Shown here: positions 1-10,956 of the stretch, piece by piece
Numbering within the stretch: the stretch's first letter is position 1
Layout: every line of letters starts with the position of its first letter
NCBI GenBank assembly: GCA_039815375.1
Contig: JBCBZJ010000027.1
Span: forward strand, 1-39,466
DNA: 39,466 bases
Direction of reading: 5' to 3'
Source: Verrucomicrobiota bacterium
GTDB taxonomy: Bacteria; Verrucomicrobiota; Verrucomicrobiia; Opitutales; Coraliomargaritaceae
The notes under the pieces: generated by a model
What the model was told of the DNA's origin: nothing
The model's input: the letters and a program-made list of their open reading frames with translations, nothing else
Database searches by the model: none
Program-made: the position numbers and the translations under genes

Positions 1-1
1 T

Positions 2-1906
2 GACGGCAGACTTGTCGTCCTGGTGCTTCATGTAGATCGTGCCTCTCGTGGCGAAGTCGTAGCTGGTCTTGGGGTCGGCGTCGTCGTTAATCAACAGCGC
101 CTTGCCCACGCGTTTAAACTCCTCGTAGAAATTGCGGATGACGTAGCGACGCCCGAGGTGGACCTTGCGCGCGCTCTCGAGTTGCTCGAGGCGGTGTTCG
201 TACATGTGCGCCTCCTGCTCGTCGCCTCGGATCATTGCCTCCGCGCGGGCGGTGCTCGTGATGTCTTGATAGTACTCGATTGCTTTCTCCATCCGATCCA
301 CGTTGTGGTCGCACCGCACGTTGAGGATGCCCTGGACGCCGCTCTTGGCGTTGAGGTTGAGGACCGCGGCGCGGAACGCCGAAGGATTCAGTTGGCCGGC
401 GATTGATGGGTTTTGCCGAATCGTGGCCTTGCGCAGCGCTCCGAGCGAGTTGCAGGTCGAGCTGACGAAGCGTCTGAGGTCAGAGTCCGGTGTGGTCCTC
501 GTGTAGAGCCCGATGGCACGTTCGACCGCGAGGACGACTTCATGTGGCGTCTGACTACTGCGCCTTCGCTCCACTGTCTTCAGGATGTCGAGTTCGCCGG
601 TCTCGTAGTCGATCTCGATAAAGGCGAAGCCATCTCGGATGTCGATGTCGTGCTCGAGTGCGAGTTCAACCGTCGCTGCGACGCGGCAAACTCGCTTCGG
701 CGAGACGGCGAGCCATATGCTGATGAATCGCTGGCAGCATCGCGTGCGGTTGCCGAGCTCGTCGTACAACACCCTCGTCAAGAGGGAGTTCTAGTCCTTG
801 ATGGTCTCGCACTCCAGAAATTGTTCGTACGTGCGACGAAGCACGCTCAGTGGAATCAAGTGACAGTTCCTTCCGCATGGGCAACGTAACTGAGGGACGT
901 CCCAGCTCACCAAGCCCGAGCGATCGAAAGTGCGCCGTGTTTTCGTTTGAAGATCGAGGTCGATTATGCGTGAGTTGCGGTCGTTCGTAGGCTCGTTGTA
1001 CAAGTAGTTCCGAGACACGCCAGCCAAGGCAAGAATTGACCGCCAGCACGGCGGACTGTCACGATCAAATCCCCACAACGTCTCGTGGTCCTTGCGAAGC
1101 TCCAAAACCACCGAGCAGACGTGACCCTCTCGCTGCGCACGAGCAACGGCGAGATCTTTCGGAACGTCCGGTCCATCGACAGTCTCGACGCGGTACACCT
1201 CCCCTGGCGCTCGAGCTTGGCGATCTTCCAAGACTTGATCGAGGCTCGCGTGCGAGCTGGCCTCGCGGTGCTGCCTCTTCCGTCGAGGCTCCTGTGTTGG
1301 CCGCACAAGAGCTCTTGACGCTTGGTGCGCCACTCTAACGTGTGTCCAATTCGACGGCCGCGCGGGACAACCCGTCTTGTCGTAGGCGCTCGGCGGCAGT
1401 TCAGCAAGCCGCTTGTACCACCTCGACAGTGCAAAAATCCTAGTAAATCGAAAGCAATCGAACTGCATCAGTCTCGTCATGCAGCGCCTCCTACAGTTGC
1501 CGACGCACCCCGTGCATCTGCCTCGCGGGTCAAACACGTGCAGCCCGAATTCGGCGGCTTCCGACATCGCCCTCACGTTGCTGTCAGACTTGCCCAACGT
1601 TTCTAGGATCTCGTCCATGGCACGGTGCTCGTCGGGATCCATCAGACCCATCAGTTGACCCATCATCGAAACGCCAGCCTCTGATTCGTCAAAAATCTCG
1701 CACATCAGAGCTGCGTCCTCGGAGAAGTCCGCCATCTCCATCGTTTCATCCAGCAAATCGTCCATGTAGCCGGTCAGCGTAGCGCCCAGAGTCGATGCGT
1801 CGACGGGACACGCGTCTCGGCGCAGCGCGCACCCGAATGCACCTCGGCACGTGCGCGAAGCCAACCGACAACGCCACCTCGAAAAGACCGAAGACCTGCC
1901 ACTCAT
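2..1906 (-). pseudogene. Cys-rich, eukaryote-like transposase-related reading frame (Sola/DUF7869-like), interrupted by one in-frame TAG at 791-793 and open off the left edge
   Basis: The track ORF 791..1906 continues in frame after the TAG with no further stop to base 2 (manual translation NSLLTRVLYDELGNRTRCCQRFISIWLAVSPKRV...DHNVDRMEKAIEYY...KVHLGRRYVIRNFYEEFK...MKHQDDKSAV). Two similar modules: CVGNCRRRC...CWRSILALAGVSRNYL and CPCGRNC...CCQRFISIWLAVSPKRV. Alternative start ATG 1765. Family call is from recalled motifs only. Confidence 0.45.
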
Positions 1907-1989
1907 TCCAATCCTGAACCCTTCAACGGAACCTTTCTCTTTTTGAACGCAGAATCTGTGGATGGCGCAGCCACGCGCTGGTCAAGTGG

Positions 1990-3567
1990 GGTGGCTTCAT
2001 GGCCCATGGTCATGCCCGCGCAACAGGCAAAGCGAGCGTTTGCATGGCTACCTCAGGCCCTGGAGCGACCAATCTCGTCACCTGTATCGCTGATGCGTTC
2101 ATGGACAGTACTCCGCTCGTCGCCATCACCGGGCAGGTCTACCAACAATTTATCGGCAAGGCCGCTTTTCAGGAAACCGACTTTTTCGGGATGACGCTTC
2201 CAATCGTGAAGCACAGCTACCTTGTGCTCGACAAAGAGGACCTGCCTCGCGTCGTCAAGGAAGCCTTCCACATTGCGCAGACTGGTCGTCCCGGCCCTGT
2301 CGTCATCGACATCCCCAAGGATGTTCAACAGGCTATTTACGCACCAACCTTCCCGGCTCAGATCGATACACCGGGCTACCAGGGAGATGTCACCCATCCT
2401 GAAGCATCTGACAACGAACTGCAAAACGTTCTCGAGCTCATTGAGAAAGCGGAACGACCCGTTCTCTATATAGGCGGCGGTATCATTTCCGGTGACGCGC
2501 ACCTTGAGATGCGCGAATTCGCCGAGTTGACCGGACTGCCTGTTGCATCAACTCTGATGGGCCTCGGTGCCTTTGATGCGCAGCATCCCCAATCACTCTA
2601 CTGGTTCGGCATGCACGGCACCGTGGCTGGCAACTGGGCGGTTTGCGATAGCGACCTACTCATCTGTGCCGGTGCGCGTTTCGACGACCGCATTACCGGT
2701 AAAGTCGATAAGTTCGCACCGGATGCCGAAATCGTCCACATCGACATCGACGTCTCAGAACACAACAAGAACAAGCGCGTTCAACACCCGATCCATTCGA
2801 ACATCAAATACGCTATGGGTCGCCTCTGTGAACTTGCCAAGAAAGACTTTGAAAAGCCTGACCTGAGCAAGTGGTTCGAGACCATTAACGGTTGGAAGGA
2901 AGAGCATCCCTTCAATTATGATGACACGGGCCACATCACCCAACAAGAAGCCATCCAGACACTCTACGAAGAAACCAATGGTGATGCCATCGTCACAACC
3001 GGTGTCGGTCAGCACCAGATGTGGGCTGCTCAATTCTTTCAGTTCCGTGAGCCGCGCACATATATCAGCTCGCTCGGGCTGGGCACGATGGGCTTCGGTC
3101 TGCCGGCCGCGATAGGCGCGAAGGTTGCCTGTCCCGATAAGCTCGTCGTCAACATCGACGGTGACGGCTGCTTCCTCATGAATGTTCAGGAACTTGCCAC
3201 AGCAAAGATCGAAAAGATCAACGCAAAGACCATTATCATGAACAACCAGCATCTCGGCATGGTGGTTCAATGGGAAGACCTCATGTATGAGAGCGTCCGT
3301 GGCCAGACTATCCTTTGTGACAAGGATAATATCGGCGGCCCGGATAACCTCGACGCAATCTACCCTGACTTCGTCAAGATCTCCGAAGGCTTCGGGGTGA
3401 AAGCCCGTCGGGTTGTCAAGCGCGAGGAACTCCGCGACGCCATTAATGAGATGATCGAATTCGATGGCCCCTACGTCCTTGAAATTATTGTTCCTTACAC
3501 CGAGCACGTTCTTCCCATGATCAAGCAAGGTCTCTCTGCAAAGGAAATCCTCATCAAATCGGAGTAA
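1990..3567 (+). CDS. ilvB: Acetolactate synthase large subunit, 5'-truncated (N-terminal segment including the HEQ motif missing)
   Basis: [53 protein letters not shown] and the ThDP motif GDGCFLMN...NN. Homology starts at GGF (1990); the upstream frame is unrelated and hits TGA at 1915-1917. Confidence 0.93.
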   Translation, partial: GGFMAHGHARATGKASVCMATSGPGATNLVTCIADAFMDSTPLVAITGQVYQQFIGKAAFQETDFFGMTLPIVKHSYLVLDKEDLPRVVKEAFHIAQTGRPGPVVIDIPKDVQQAIYAPTFPAQIDTPGYQGDVTHPEASDNELQNVLELIEKAERPVLYIGGGIISGDAHLEMREFAELTGLPVASTLMGLGAFDAQHPQSLYWFGMHGTVAGNWAVCDSDLLICAGARFDDRITGKVDKFAPDAEIVHIDIDVSEHNKNKRVQHPIHSNIKYAMGRLCELAKKDFEKPDLSKWFETINGWKEEHPFNYDDTGHITQQEAIQTLYEETNGDAIVTTGVGQHQMWAAQFFQFREPRTYISSLGLGTMGFGLPAAIGAKVACPDKLVVNIDGDGCFLMNVQELATAKIEKINAKTIIMNNQHLGMVVQWEDLMYESVRGQTILCDKDNIGGPDNLDAIYPDFVKISEGFGVKARRVVKREELRDAINEMIEFDGPYVLEIIVPYTEHVLPMIKQGLSAKEILIKSE

Positions 3568-3612
3568 ACGCATTTCTGTTAACTGCAGCCATCCCTCAGA
3601 ATTACTAAAACC

Positions 3613-4644
3613 ATGCCCACCAAAACCTTCATTCTTGGCCTATGTGGCCTTGCATTATCGCAAATTTCCACTGCTGACACCATCATCACCAAAGATGGCT
3701 CGCAACTTAGCGGCACCATTACACTGATCGACAAGGGCGTCGTCCATATCGACACCGCGTTTGCAGGTTCACTTCAGGTCAAGCAGGACCAGATCGCATC
3801 CTTCGAAACCGAAGACCCTATCGTGGTGCGTCTTGAAAGCGGCACCGTCATGGCAGGCCCGATCCAATCCACCGAGGGTGACACGCTGAAGATTAAATCA
3901 GAAGACGGTGTGCTTGAAACCAGCACCAACAAGGTCGCGGCATCCTGGTCGGTTGGCAGCGAAGACCCTGAGATCACCCGCAATCGCCGCGAGTGGAGAT
4001 ACGAAGCTGGGCTGGATATCGCGGGCAAGACCGGTAATACCGAGAAATTCGGCGTCGGCGCAGACCTCAAAGCAGCACTCAAGGGCCCGAACGACAATCT
4101 GGAGTTCTTTTTTGAATACGAGCAGGAGGAAGAAAACGGCAATGAGACAGATGATCGTATCGCCGGTGGCGCATCCTACGAGAGTTTCTTCAGCGACATA
4201 TTTGGTTGGTATATCCGCACCGAACTCGAACAGGACAACATCGATAACGTCGAACTTCGCTCGACAACAGGCGCAGGTCTCTCCTACCGCTTGATCAATA
4301 AAGACAATCAATCACTCGTAGCTCGAACTGGTGTCGGTTACGAATATACCGGCTTCACCACTACGGCACCCGATGAATCTTCCGCTACCATTGATTTCGG
4401 CATCGCACACAGCTATACCCATAAAGACTGGTTCATCATCGACACCGACATCACTTACGTGCCGCAGACAGACGACTTCACCAATTACCGTATCGAACAC
4501 GATACAGGCATCGTCATTCCACTTGGCAGCAGCCAAAACTGGAAGATTCGTATCGGGGTCGAAAACGAATATGAGAGCCAGCCGGCAACAAATGAGCGGC
4601 TGGATACCACTTACTACACACGCATGATTTATTCCTGGAAGTAG
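3613..4644 (+). CDS. DUF481/YdiY-like outer-membrane beta-barrel protein with an extra N-terminal domain
   Basis: Signal peptide (MPTKTFILGLCGLALSQISTA), GKTGNTE motif, alternating aromatic beta-strands, C-terminal YTRMIYSWK. Confidence 0.7.
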   Translation: MPTKTFILGLCGLALSQISTADTIITKDGSQLSGTITLIDKGVVHIDTAFAGSLQVKQDQIASFETEDPIVVRLESGTVMAGPIQSTEGDTLKIKSEDGVLETSTNKVAASWSVGSEDPEITRNRREWRYEAGLDIAGKTGNTEKFGVGADLKAALKGPNDNLEFFFEYEQEEENGNETDDRIAGGASYESFFSDIFGWYIRTELEQDNIDNVELRSTTGAGLSYRLINKDNQSLVARTGVGYEYTGFTTTAPDESSATIDFGIAHSYTHKDWFIIDTDITYVPQTDDFTNYRIEHDTGIVIPLGSSQNWKIRIGVENEYESQPATNERLDTTYYTRMIYSWK

Positions 4645-4655
4645 TCTCTGCCGAG

Positions 4656-5222
4656 CTACTCGCCCTTGAAAACAATCCAGTCGGGCTCGGCACTCAAGAA
4701 GAGCTCGGGCCACTTCTTGATCGCTGCTAAAGTTTCTGGAACGGCACCGATTCCGGTGTGTAGAACACCGACTACAGCGAGCTTTTCTTTGCGATTAAAC
4801 ATTCGCAAACGCAGCTCCAGCTCATCCAACATCGGCTTGAGGCCTGTCACGTCCTGCCCATCTCCGAGAAATACCTTAATCTGGTCTGCTGCCATAATTT
4901 CGACCTCGCCCGACTCAACATCCTGAACCAGACGCACGTTCGGGTAGCTATCCTTGAATCGAAGAAGCCATACACGTTGGCCGGCATTGTCCCGATCAGG
5001 AAGAAAACCAAAGTCCAGAATCTGGCCCCCTTTCAAAGAATCGGGAACAGATTCCGGCAATGGTTCGGCACCGGCCTCCAACATCGCTATATTATGATCC
5101 TGCCAGGGATCGGCCTCAGCACTCTCTTTGGCTTCACGGCGTAGCATGATGAATGACACCAGCAGCATGCCTAATACGAAGCCTCCAAAATAAGCCAGCA
5201 TTCGATCACCACTTATCATCAA
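4656..5222 (-). CDS. Membrane-anchored hypothetical protein
   Basis: 188-aa ORF with one N-terminal hydrophobic helix; 4-bp overlap with the upstream gene's stop. Confidence 0.7.
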   Translation of the reverse strand: MMISGDRMLAYFGGFVLGMLLVSFIMLRREAKESAEADPWQDHNIAMLEAGAEPLPESVPDSLKGGQILDFGFLPDRDNAGQRVWLLRFKDSYPNVRLVQDVESGEVEIMAADQIKVFLGDGQDVTGLKPMLDELELRLRMFNRKEKLAVVGVLHTGIGAVPETLAAIKKWPELFLSAEPDWIVFKGE

Positions 5223-5527
5223 ACTCCTGCCTCCCTCTTTACCGTATGCTCTTTATGCGCACGCATTATGCAGAGCACTATTGAAAATCCTCCCGACCAA
5301 ACGCCACCATATTGTAAACCATTCTGGAAACCGAAAGCAGCCAGATAGCCATAATCCGGGCCATCAACAAAAAACAATCCAAACAAGACATGGGTTAGCA
5401 CGCCCAACACCGCACCGATCAAACAAATGATCGCCACGAAGTAGAGCCAGGTCAGCGACCAACGGACGACACTACCTAAGAAATTCAACATCGCCCGGAC
5501 CTTGTAATGAGCACGATCTGTTGGCAA
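5219..5527 (-). CDS. Small membrane protein (true start may be ATG 5491)
   Basis: Hydrophobic 102-aa ORF packed between hrpB and the next gene. Confidence 0.65.
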   Translation of the reverse strand: MPTDRAHYKVRAMLNFLGSVVRWSLTWLYFVAIICLIGAVLGVLTHVLFGLFFVDGPDYGYLAAFGFQNGLQYGGVWSGGFSIVLCIMRAHKEHTVKREAGV

Positions 5528-5531
5528 GCCG

Positions 5532-8084
5532 CTAGCGCCATTCGTGCTTTGGGTAACGCCCTGCCAAATCCTTTTTCACGTGCGTGTAAGCTCCGGTCCA
5601 AAAACCGTCCAAGTCATCAGTGAGATGCGCAGGCCGCCCATTCGGAGCCAGCAACTCAATCAACAAAGCCACCTGATTATTCGCTACTCGAAATTGATCT
5701 CCGGGAAGGTCGTAAAAGTCCTGCAACTTCGAAGCGATGAAGGCACGGCCATCCGATTCATAGCGAATCCTTGCCGGGCGCTTACGCCGGGGAAGCTCCA
5801 TCTCTGAGGGCGCGTAAGCATCCAAATAATACTGCTGCTCAGGACTGATCCATTCTTTGACAAGAGGTAGCACAGGGCGGTCCTTGATCTCTTTGTAGCT
5901 GATCGCGCCGTGGCAGATCTGCTCGATCAGAAGCTGTTTTGCCTCGTCATCAATCGATGCGATTTCGGTCTCCGGGCAATGTCGTGCTACGAAATTCACC
6001 CGATGTATCCAGTTTTCTACGACACTGTCCCAGTTTTTTAAATTTAATCGTCCGGCAACAACTTCTTCGGCCAGAAGCATCGCTGCTTCATCTGGATCAA
6101 CCTCTGCTCCTTCTCGGTCTTCCAGCACAAGACCGCGGAAGCGCAGCTGCGCCCTCGACGTCACTCGCCGGAGCGCACTGTTGTATTGAGTAAATTGGCC
6201 CTCATCAAAATCCTCCGCAAAGTAATCGCGCAGCCATTGAGCATTGATCGCAGTAGCCAATCCGAGCAGCACCGAGACCTCACCGCGCAACTCACGCTCC
6301 TCAAGCTCTGCCGCAACAAAGAGCTTCGATTCCACGAGACTTTCGCGTCGCAGCTCGCCGCTTCGGTCATGCACCATCCTACAACGACGTGTTCCGAGAT
6401 CATTTCGCAAGCAGAGATGATCGGAGAAAGCGACCAAGACGCACCGGCGCAGGGCTTCTTCTGAGTCCTCGAGGGTCTCGCGGGCATCCAGCCCAGACCT
6501 TTCGGCGAGCTGCAGGATCTGCCTGGCGCTTTCACCCGCCTGTCTGGCACCCGCACCGTGAATACCCAGTTCTCCACAAGCAGCAGGGTTGAATTTCAAA
6601 GACTGAGCCAATTCGAAAGCATGCAGGAGCACCGAAAAATCGGAGCGGTCATCCGCATGATCTTCAATCTGCCGAATCTGTTCACGACGCACACGCGCAT
6701 CACGACTGGCACGATAAAATGAACGACCCTGACTGATACCCGCGATTAAAGCTACATCCGGGAGGACACCCAGGCGATCTGCTTCAATCAACATGCGCGC
6801 ATATCGCGGATGTAAAGGGAAGCCTGCCATCTTTCGGCCGATCGCGGTAACCTCGCCTTCGACCGAGAGGGCCCCAAGGTCGCAGAGCAAAATTTTCGCT
6901 CGTTTCAATGCAGGATCACCAGGCATTTCAAACCAGGGAAAACTCTCAAAATCCTCTACTCCTGCGACCGCTAGCATCAGCAGGATTTCGGAAAGGTCGA
7001 TGCGTTTGACCTCGGGTGCTTCATGCGCGATGCGCGCTTGTTGCTCCGCTTCGCTCCAGAGACGAATGCATTGACCCGGACCTGTTCGTCCTGCTCGACC
7101 TCTGCGTTGCTCTGCAGAGGCTTGGCTGATCGGCTCGACAAGAATCGAGTTGATCCCGCGCCGGGCATCGTAGCGGGCAATCCGGGCCAGACCACCGTCG
7201 ATCACGGTTCTCACGCCTTCTATCGTAATGGAGGTTTCAGCGACATTGGTGGAGACGATCACTTTTCGACTGTCCCCCGAGCGCACCGCCCGATCCTGCG
7301 TTTCCGGTGGCAGCTCTCCGTGCAACGGCACAACCTCCAGGCCACGAGCCTCGGGTAGCGCTCCAATTGCATCAATCGTTTTACGAATTTCAAAAGATCC
7401 CGGCATAAAAACCAGCACGTCCCCGTCCAATCCGAGTCGAGCAAGTTGGCAGAAGGCACGAGCAGCGCGTGTCCAAACAGGCGCAGCCTCCCGACCGAGC
7501 GCGGCACCCGCATAGCTCACCTCAACAGGATAGGTCCGGCCACTGGCTTCGACTCGCGCGCAAGGCTGCAAATAGTTCTCAATTCGATCTATATCCAGGG
7601 TTGCCGACATAACCACCAACTTCAAATCCGGGCGACGCTCCCGGATTGACTGAAGCGCGCACGCCAAACTCAGGTCACTGCTTAGATGGCGTTCATGAAA
7701 CTCGTCGAAAACCACCGCACCGACACCATCCAGACTTGGGTCTTCAAGGATTTGCCTAAGCAAAATCGCTTCAGTTACGAAACGGATGCGCGTCCGGCTA
7801 CTCACTCGATTCTCGAAACGGATTTGATAGCCGACTTCATCACCCAACTGCACGCCTCGCTCTGAAGCCACTCGCTTGGCCAACAATCGAGCAGCTAGGC
7901 GCCGCGGCTGCAGCACCACCACTTCACCCTGAACCTTTGCCCGGTCCAGCAGGATCTGTGGCACCTGCGTCGACTTACCCGAGCCAGTGGGCGCACTCAA
8001 GACGACCCGGCCGTTTTCGCTCAAGCCTTCAATCAACTGGTCGGCAGCCTCATAAATTGGCAGTTTTGCTTCAAAATCCGTCAC
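5532..8084 (-). CDS. hrpB: ATP-dependent helicase HrpB
   Basis: [34 protein letters not shown], and the HrpB-type C-terminus LLAPNGRP...FW...GRYPKHEW. Confidence 0.95.
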   Translation of the reverse strand: MTDFEAKLPIYEAADQLIEGLSENGRVVLSAPTGSGKSTQVPQILLDRAKVQGEVVVLQPRRLAARLLAKRVASERGVQLGDEVGYQIRFENRVSSRTRIRFVTEAILLRQILEDPSLDGVGAVVFDEFHERHLSSDLSLACALQSIRERRPDLKLVVMSATLDIDRIENYLQPCARVEASGRTYPVEVSYAGAALGREAAPVWTRAARAFCQLARLGLDGDVLVFMPGSFEIRKTIDAIGALPEARGLEVVPLHGELPPETQDRAVRSGDSRKVIVSTNVAETSITIEGVRTVIDGGLARIARYDARRGINSILVEPISQASAEQRRGRAGRTGPGQCIRLWSEAEQQARIAHEAPEVKRIDLSEILLMLAVAGVEDFESFPWFEMPGDPALKRAKILLCDLGALSVEGEVTAIGRKMAGFPLHPRYARMLIEADRLGVLPDVALIAGISQGRSFYRASRDARVRREQIRQIEDHADDRSDFSVLLHAFELAQSLKFNPAACGELGIHGAGARQAGESARQILQLAERSGLDARETLEDSEEALRRCVLVAFSDHLCLRNDLGTRRCRMVHDRSGELRRESLVESKLFVAAELEERELRGEVSVLLGLATAINAQWLRDYFAEDFDEGQFTQYNSALRRVTSRAQLRFRGLVLEDREGAEVDPDEAAMLLAEEVVAGRLNLKNWDSVVENWIHRVNFVARHCPETEIASIDDEAKQLLIEQICHGAISYKEIKDRPVLPLVKEWISPEQQYYLDAYAPSEMELPRRKRPARIRYESDGRAFIASKLQDFYDLPGDQFRVANNQVALLIELLAPNGRPAHLTDDLDGFWTGAYTHVKKDLAGRYPKHEWR

Positions 8085-8128
8085 TTTCTACAGTTGAGCC
8101 AAGACAGGAATACTTTTGCAATCAAACG

Positions 8129-9652
8129 ATGGAGACCGAATCCCTTTTGCGCAGCCTACGGCAGGAAATACTGTTTGCACGTCGCCGCATCTATGAAGTC
8201 GGCGAGGCAACGCCATTACAGAAGATCGCACTTGAAAGAAATCTCGAACTCTTCGTCAAGCGCGAGGACCTCTCGCCGATCAATGCCTACAAATGGCGCG
8301 GTGCCTACAATCGGATGGCGCAGCTATCGAAAAAAGAGCTGGCCAATGGCGTCGTCACGGCATCAGCAGGCAATCATGCGCAGGGTGTGGCCCTTGCCGC
8401 GCGCCACCTGCAGGCACAGGCCGTTATTTATATGCCCCTCTCCACCCCGCGGATGAAGCAAATCGCAGTTAAACGCCATGGCGGTAAACACGTAGAGATT
8501 CGACTTAGCGGCGATACTTACGATGCCGCCAGCTCTGCCGCCTATGAGATGGCGATGCGAGACGGCCTAACCTTTGTTCACGCTTACGATGACCTTGCTG
8601 TAATGGCTGGGCAAGGAACACTTGCCGATGAGATCGTAATGTCCGGGATGGGGCCTTTCGATGTGGCGTTTCTACAGGTTGGCGGCGGAGGCATGGCAGC
8701 TGCGACTGCGACTTGGCTGAAGATGAATTTCCCAAATATTCAGATTATCGGCGTCGAGGGCATCGACCAAGCTTCCATGGCGGCCGCGGTAAAAGCCGGC
8801 AAGCCGATTGCGCTGGATAAAGTCGATGTCTTTTGCGACGGGACTGCTGTTAGAAAGGTCGGTCAACTCACCCACCAGATTTGCGCTGAAGTGGTCGACG
8901 ACTGGGTCACGGTTACAAATGATCAAGTCTCGGCCGCAGTCCAGTTTCTGTGGGAACAGCTGCGCTGTATACCAGAGCCATCTGGTGCGATGGGGGTTGC
9001 TGCGATTCTCAACCAGAGGAACGAACTGCAGGGGAAGCGAGTCCTCAGTATTCTCTGTGGAGCAAATATGGACTTTGAGCAGCTCGCCACCATTGCGCGC
9101 CGTTCGGCTGTCGGTGCTTCTCGCCGTCGCTACCTGAGAATCGTGATACCGGAAAAGAAGGGCTCGATGTATGGGCTGCTCGATTCGCTTCCTGAAAGCG
9201 TGAACATCGTCGACTTCCAATACGGAAAGACCGATGCTGCGCAAGCCACTCCCGTGATCGGATTCGATGTCTCGGAGATCGAATACGGCGTCCTCCAAAA
9301 AGACCTGAACGAAGGTGGATACAGCTTCCGAGAAGTCACCGCAGAAACCGATGTGGCCTTCCGCATCATTCACTACGAATCCGGGCTTCTGTCATATCCT
9401 TGCTTCCTTACTCTTGAATTTCACGAAAGACCAGGTGCACTGGGAGAGTTTCTACGTGCGGTTAGTCCACACTCCAATTTATGTTACTTCAACTACAGCT
9501 ACTCAGGAGAGCGTGTTGGCCGTGCGCTCCTCGGATTCGAATTTGAATCTGCGGAGAAACGTGATGCATTCCCAGCATATCTTAAGGACGCCAATCAAGC
9601 TTACCGCACCTACGAAATTGTCTCAGCCGAAGTCTTGGAACGCATCGTCTAA
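8129..9652 (+). CDS. ilvA: Biosynthetic threonine ammonia-lyase with C-terminal regulatory repeats
   Basis: KREDL...YKWRGAYN (PLP lysine), [19 protein letters not shown], two regulatory repeats (PEKKG / HERPGAL). ATG 8129 chosen because the longer track ORF overlaps hrpB. Confidence 0.92.
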   Translation: METESLLRSLRQEILFARRRIYEVGEATPLQKIALERNLELFVKREDLSPINAYKWRGAYNRMAQLSKKELANGVVTASAGNHAQGVALAARHLQAQAVIYMPLSTPRMKQIAVKRHGGKHVEIRLSGDTYDAASSAAYEMAMRDGLTFVHAYDDLAVMAGQGTLADEIVMSGMGPFDVAFLQVGGGGMAAATATWLKMNFPNIQIIGVEGIDQASMAAAVKAGKPIALDKVDVFCDGTAVRKVGQLTHQICAEVVDDWVTVTNDQVSAAVQFLWEQLRCIPEPSGAMGVAAILNQRNELQGKRVLSILCGANMDFEQLATIARRSAVGASRRRYLRIVIPEKKGSMYGLLDSLPESVNIVDFQYGKTDAAQATPVIGFDVSEIEYGVLQKDLNEGGYSFREVTAETDVAFRIIHYESGLLSYPCFLTLEFHERPGALGEFLRAVSPHSNLCYFNYSYSGERVGRALLGFEFESAEKRDAFPAYLKDANQAYRTYEIVSAEVLERIV

Positions 9653-9832
9653 ACCCGAATTATGCAAACGAGTCTCTTAAAAGAAATGCCTTCGCAGGAA
9701 TGGTGTTTAAGAAGCTCTCGGGCAAGGCATGCACATCGCTGCACTTCGGGCCTGCAGTCACATATGGTTATACGCTCCTTTGCTTCTAGCTTGCAGAGCG
9801 CACCTCGTATCCTGTCGTATTATCTGGGTAAA
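9650..9832. mobile_element. ERIC-like miniature inverted-repeat element (degenerate)
   Basis: Ends TAAACCCGAATTATGC and GTATTATCTGGGTAAA are imperfect inverted repeats. Internal CAGTCACATATGGTTATACGCTCC (9755-9778) resembles the ERIC core CAGTCACTTACTTATGTAAGCTCC. Confidence 0.55.
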
Positions 9833-9834
9833 CA

Positions 9835-10785
9835 ATGAGCACCACTTCATTAGTCTTTACTGCGATATTGCCGATCTTTCTTGTCATCAGCTCGGGATTC
9901 CTCGCCCGTCGCCTGGGATGGCTCAACGAAGAGGCTGATCGTAGCTTGATGTCCGTGGTGGTTAACCTGCTCTACCCCGCGATGATCTTTTCCTTTGTTC
10001 TGGGCAATGAAGCCCTGAGGACAGCCTCGAACGTAATTCTCCCGCCGCTCATCGGGGCCACTACAATTGTAGCCGGTTTCGGCATCGGCATGCTCGTCGC
10101 CCGTCGGCTCAAACTCGGCAACCAGCGGGAATCCCGAACTTTTGCTTTTACAACCGGCCTCTATAACTACGGCTACTTCCCCATTCCAATCATCGCGCTG
10201 CTTTTTGACCGCGAAACTGCAGGTGTTCTCTTTGTCCACAACCTCGGCGTCGAATTTGCCATGTGGGCGCTTGGCGTAGGCTTCATCCTTTCTGCCAATG
10301 ACCCGAAATCCATCTGGAAACGGGTCTTCAGTGGACCCGTCATCGCCATTCTGATCGCTGTGCCCCTCAACCTGCTCCGGGTCGACGAACGTTTACCCAA
10401 CTTTATTCCGGAGACGATCAACCTTCTCGGACAATGCGCTGTTCCTCTCGGGCTGATTCTGATCGGCGCGACCTTCGCCGACCTCGCCAAAAACGCCCGC
10501 CTCAAGCAGGACATCAAGGTCCCGATTTCGGCCTGTGTCCTACGGCTGGGAATCTTCCCCATCGCTTTTCTCCTCTTTGCCTTCCTCTTCCCACTATCGG
10601 TCGAAATGAAGCGCGTGATGTTGATCCAGGCGGCAATGCCCTGCGCTGTCTTCCCTATTGTGCTCGCGCGGCACTTCGACGGCTCGCCCGAAGTTGCACT
10701 GAAAGTTGTGCTGAGCACCACATTGGTGAGTTTTGCGACCATCCCGATTTGGATTGGAATCGGGATGGGTCTTCTCAACCTCTAA
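9835..10785 (+). CDS. AEC (auxin efflux carrier-like) family transporter
   Basis: About 10 hydrophobic segments; motifs P(A)[25 protein letters not shown]. Confidence 0.88.
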   Translation: MSTTSLVFTAILPIFLVISSGFLARRLGWLNEEADRSLMSVVVNLLYPAMIFSFVLGNEALRTASNVILPPLIGATTIVAGFGIGMLVARRLKLGNQRESRTFAFTTGLYNYGYFPIPIIALLFDRETAGVLFVHNLGVEFAMWALGVGFILSANDPKSIWKRVFSGPVIAILIAVPLNLLRVDERLPNFIPETINLLGQCAVPLGLILIGATFADLAKNARLKQDIKVPISACVLRLGIFPIAFLLFAFLFPLSVEMKRVMLIQAAMPCAVFPIVLARHFDGSPEVALKVVLSTTLVSFATIPIWIGIGMGLLNL

Positions 10786-10946
10786 GAGGATATTTAATGA
10801 AATCTAATCATGGTTACTTTCCAAGGCAAGGTGGACGAAATCGAGATCGCAATCGATTTGGATGTCGATTTCCACTTCGCTGACTTCAATTTCGAGACAC
10901 ACGAGGATTAAAGTAACGCTTTTTTAAAAATACTAGAATACTCTAA
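10783..10946. repeat. Nested inverted-repeat (MITE/REP-like) intergenic element
   Basis: Central imperfect 36-bp palindrome 10837-10872, inner pair GTTACTTT (10813-10820)/AAAGTAAC (10910-10917), weak outer pair AGAGGATATTTA/TAGAATACTCT. Confidence 0.45.
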
Positions 10947-10956
10947 CTTTCCTGCC

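Noticed and set aside
791..793. TAG recoding (Gln or pyrrolysine) in the left segment
   Set aside because: One TAG in about 635 codons, with CAA/CAG used elsewhere, fits a point mutation or read error better; no pyl genes are seen.
23..889. Plus-strand ORFs 23..406 and 413..889, and other long antisense ORFs such as 2755..3573, 13893..14678 and 28456..29226
   Set aside because: They are antisense shadows of better-supported genes on the opposite strand.
7937..8128. N-terminal extensions in the ORF track for ilvA, and likewise for the ORFs starting at 14831, 16947, 25513 and 28350
   Set aside because: They overlap neighbouring genes or lack family similarity; downstream starts give normal lengths and tight coupling.
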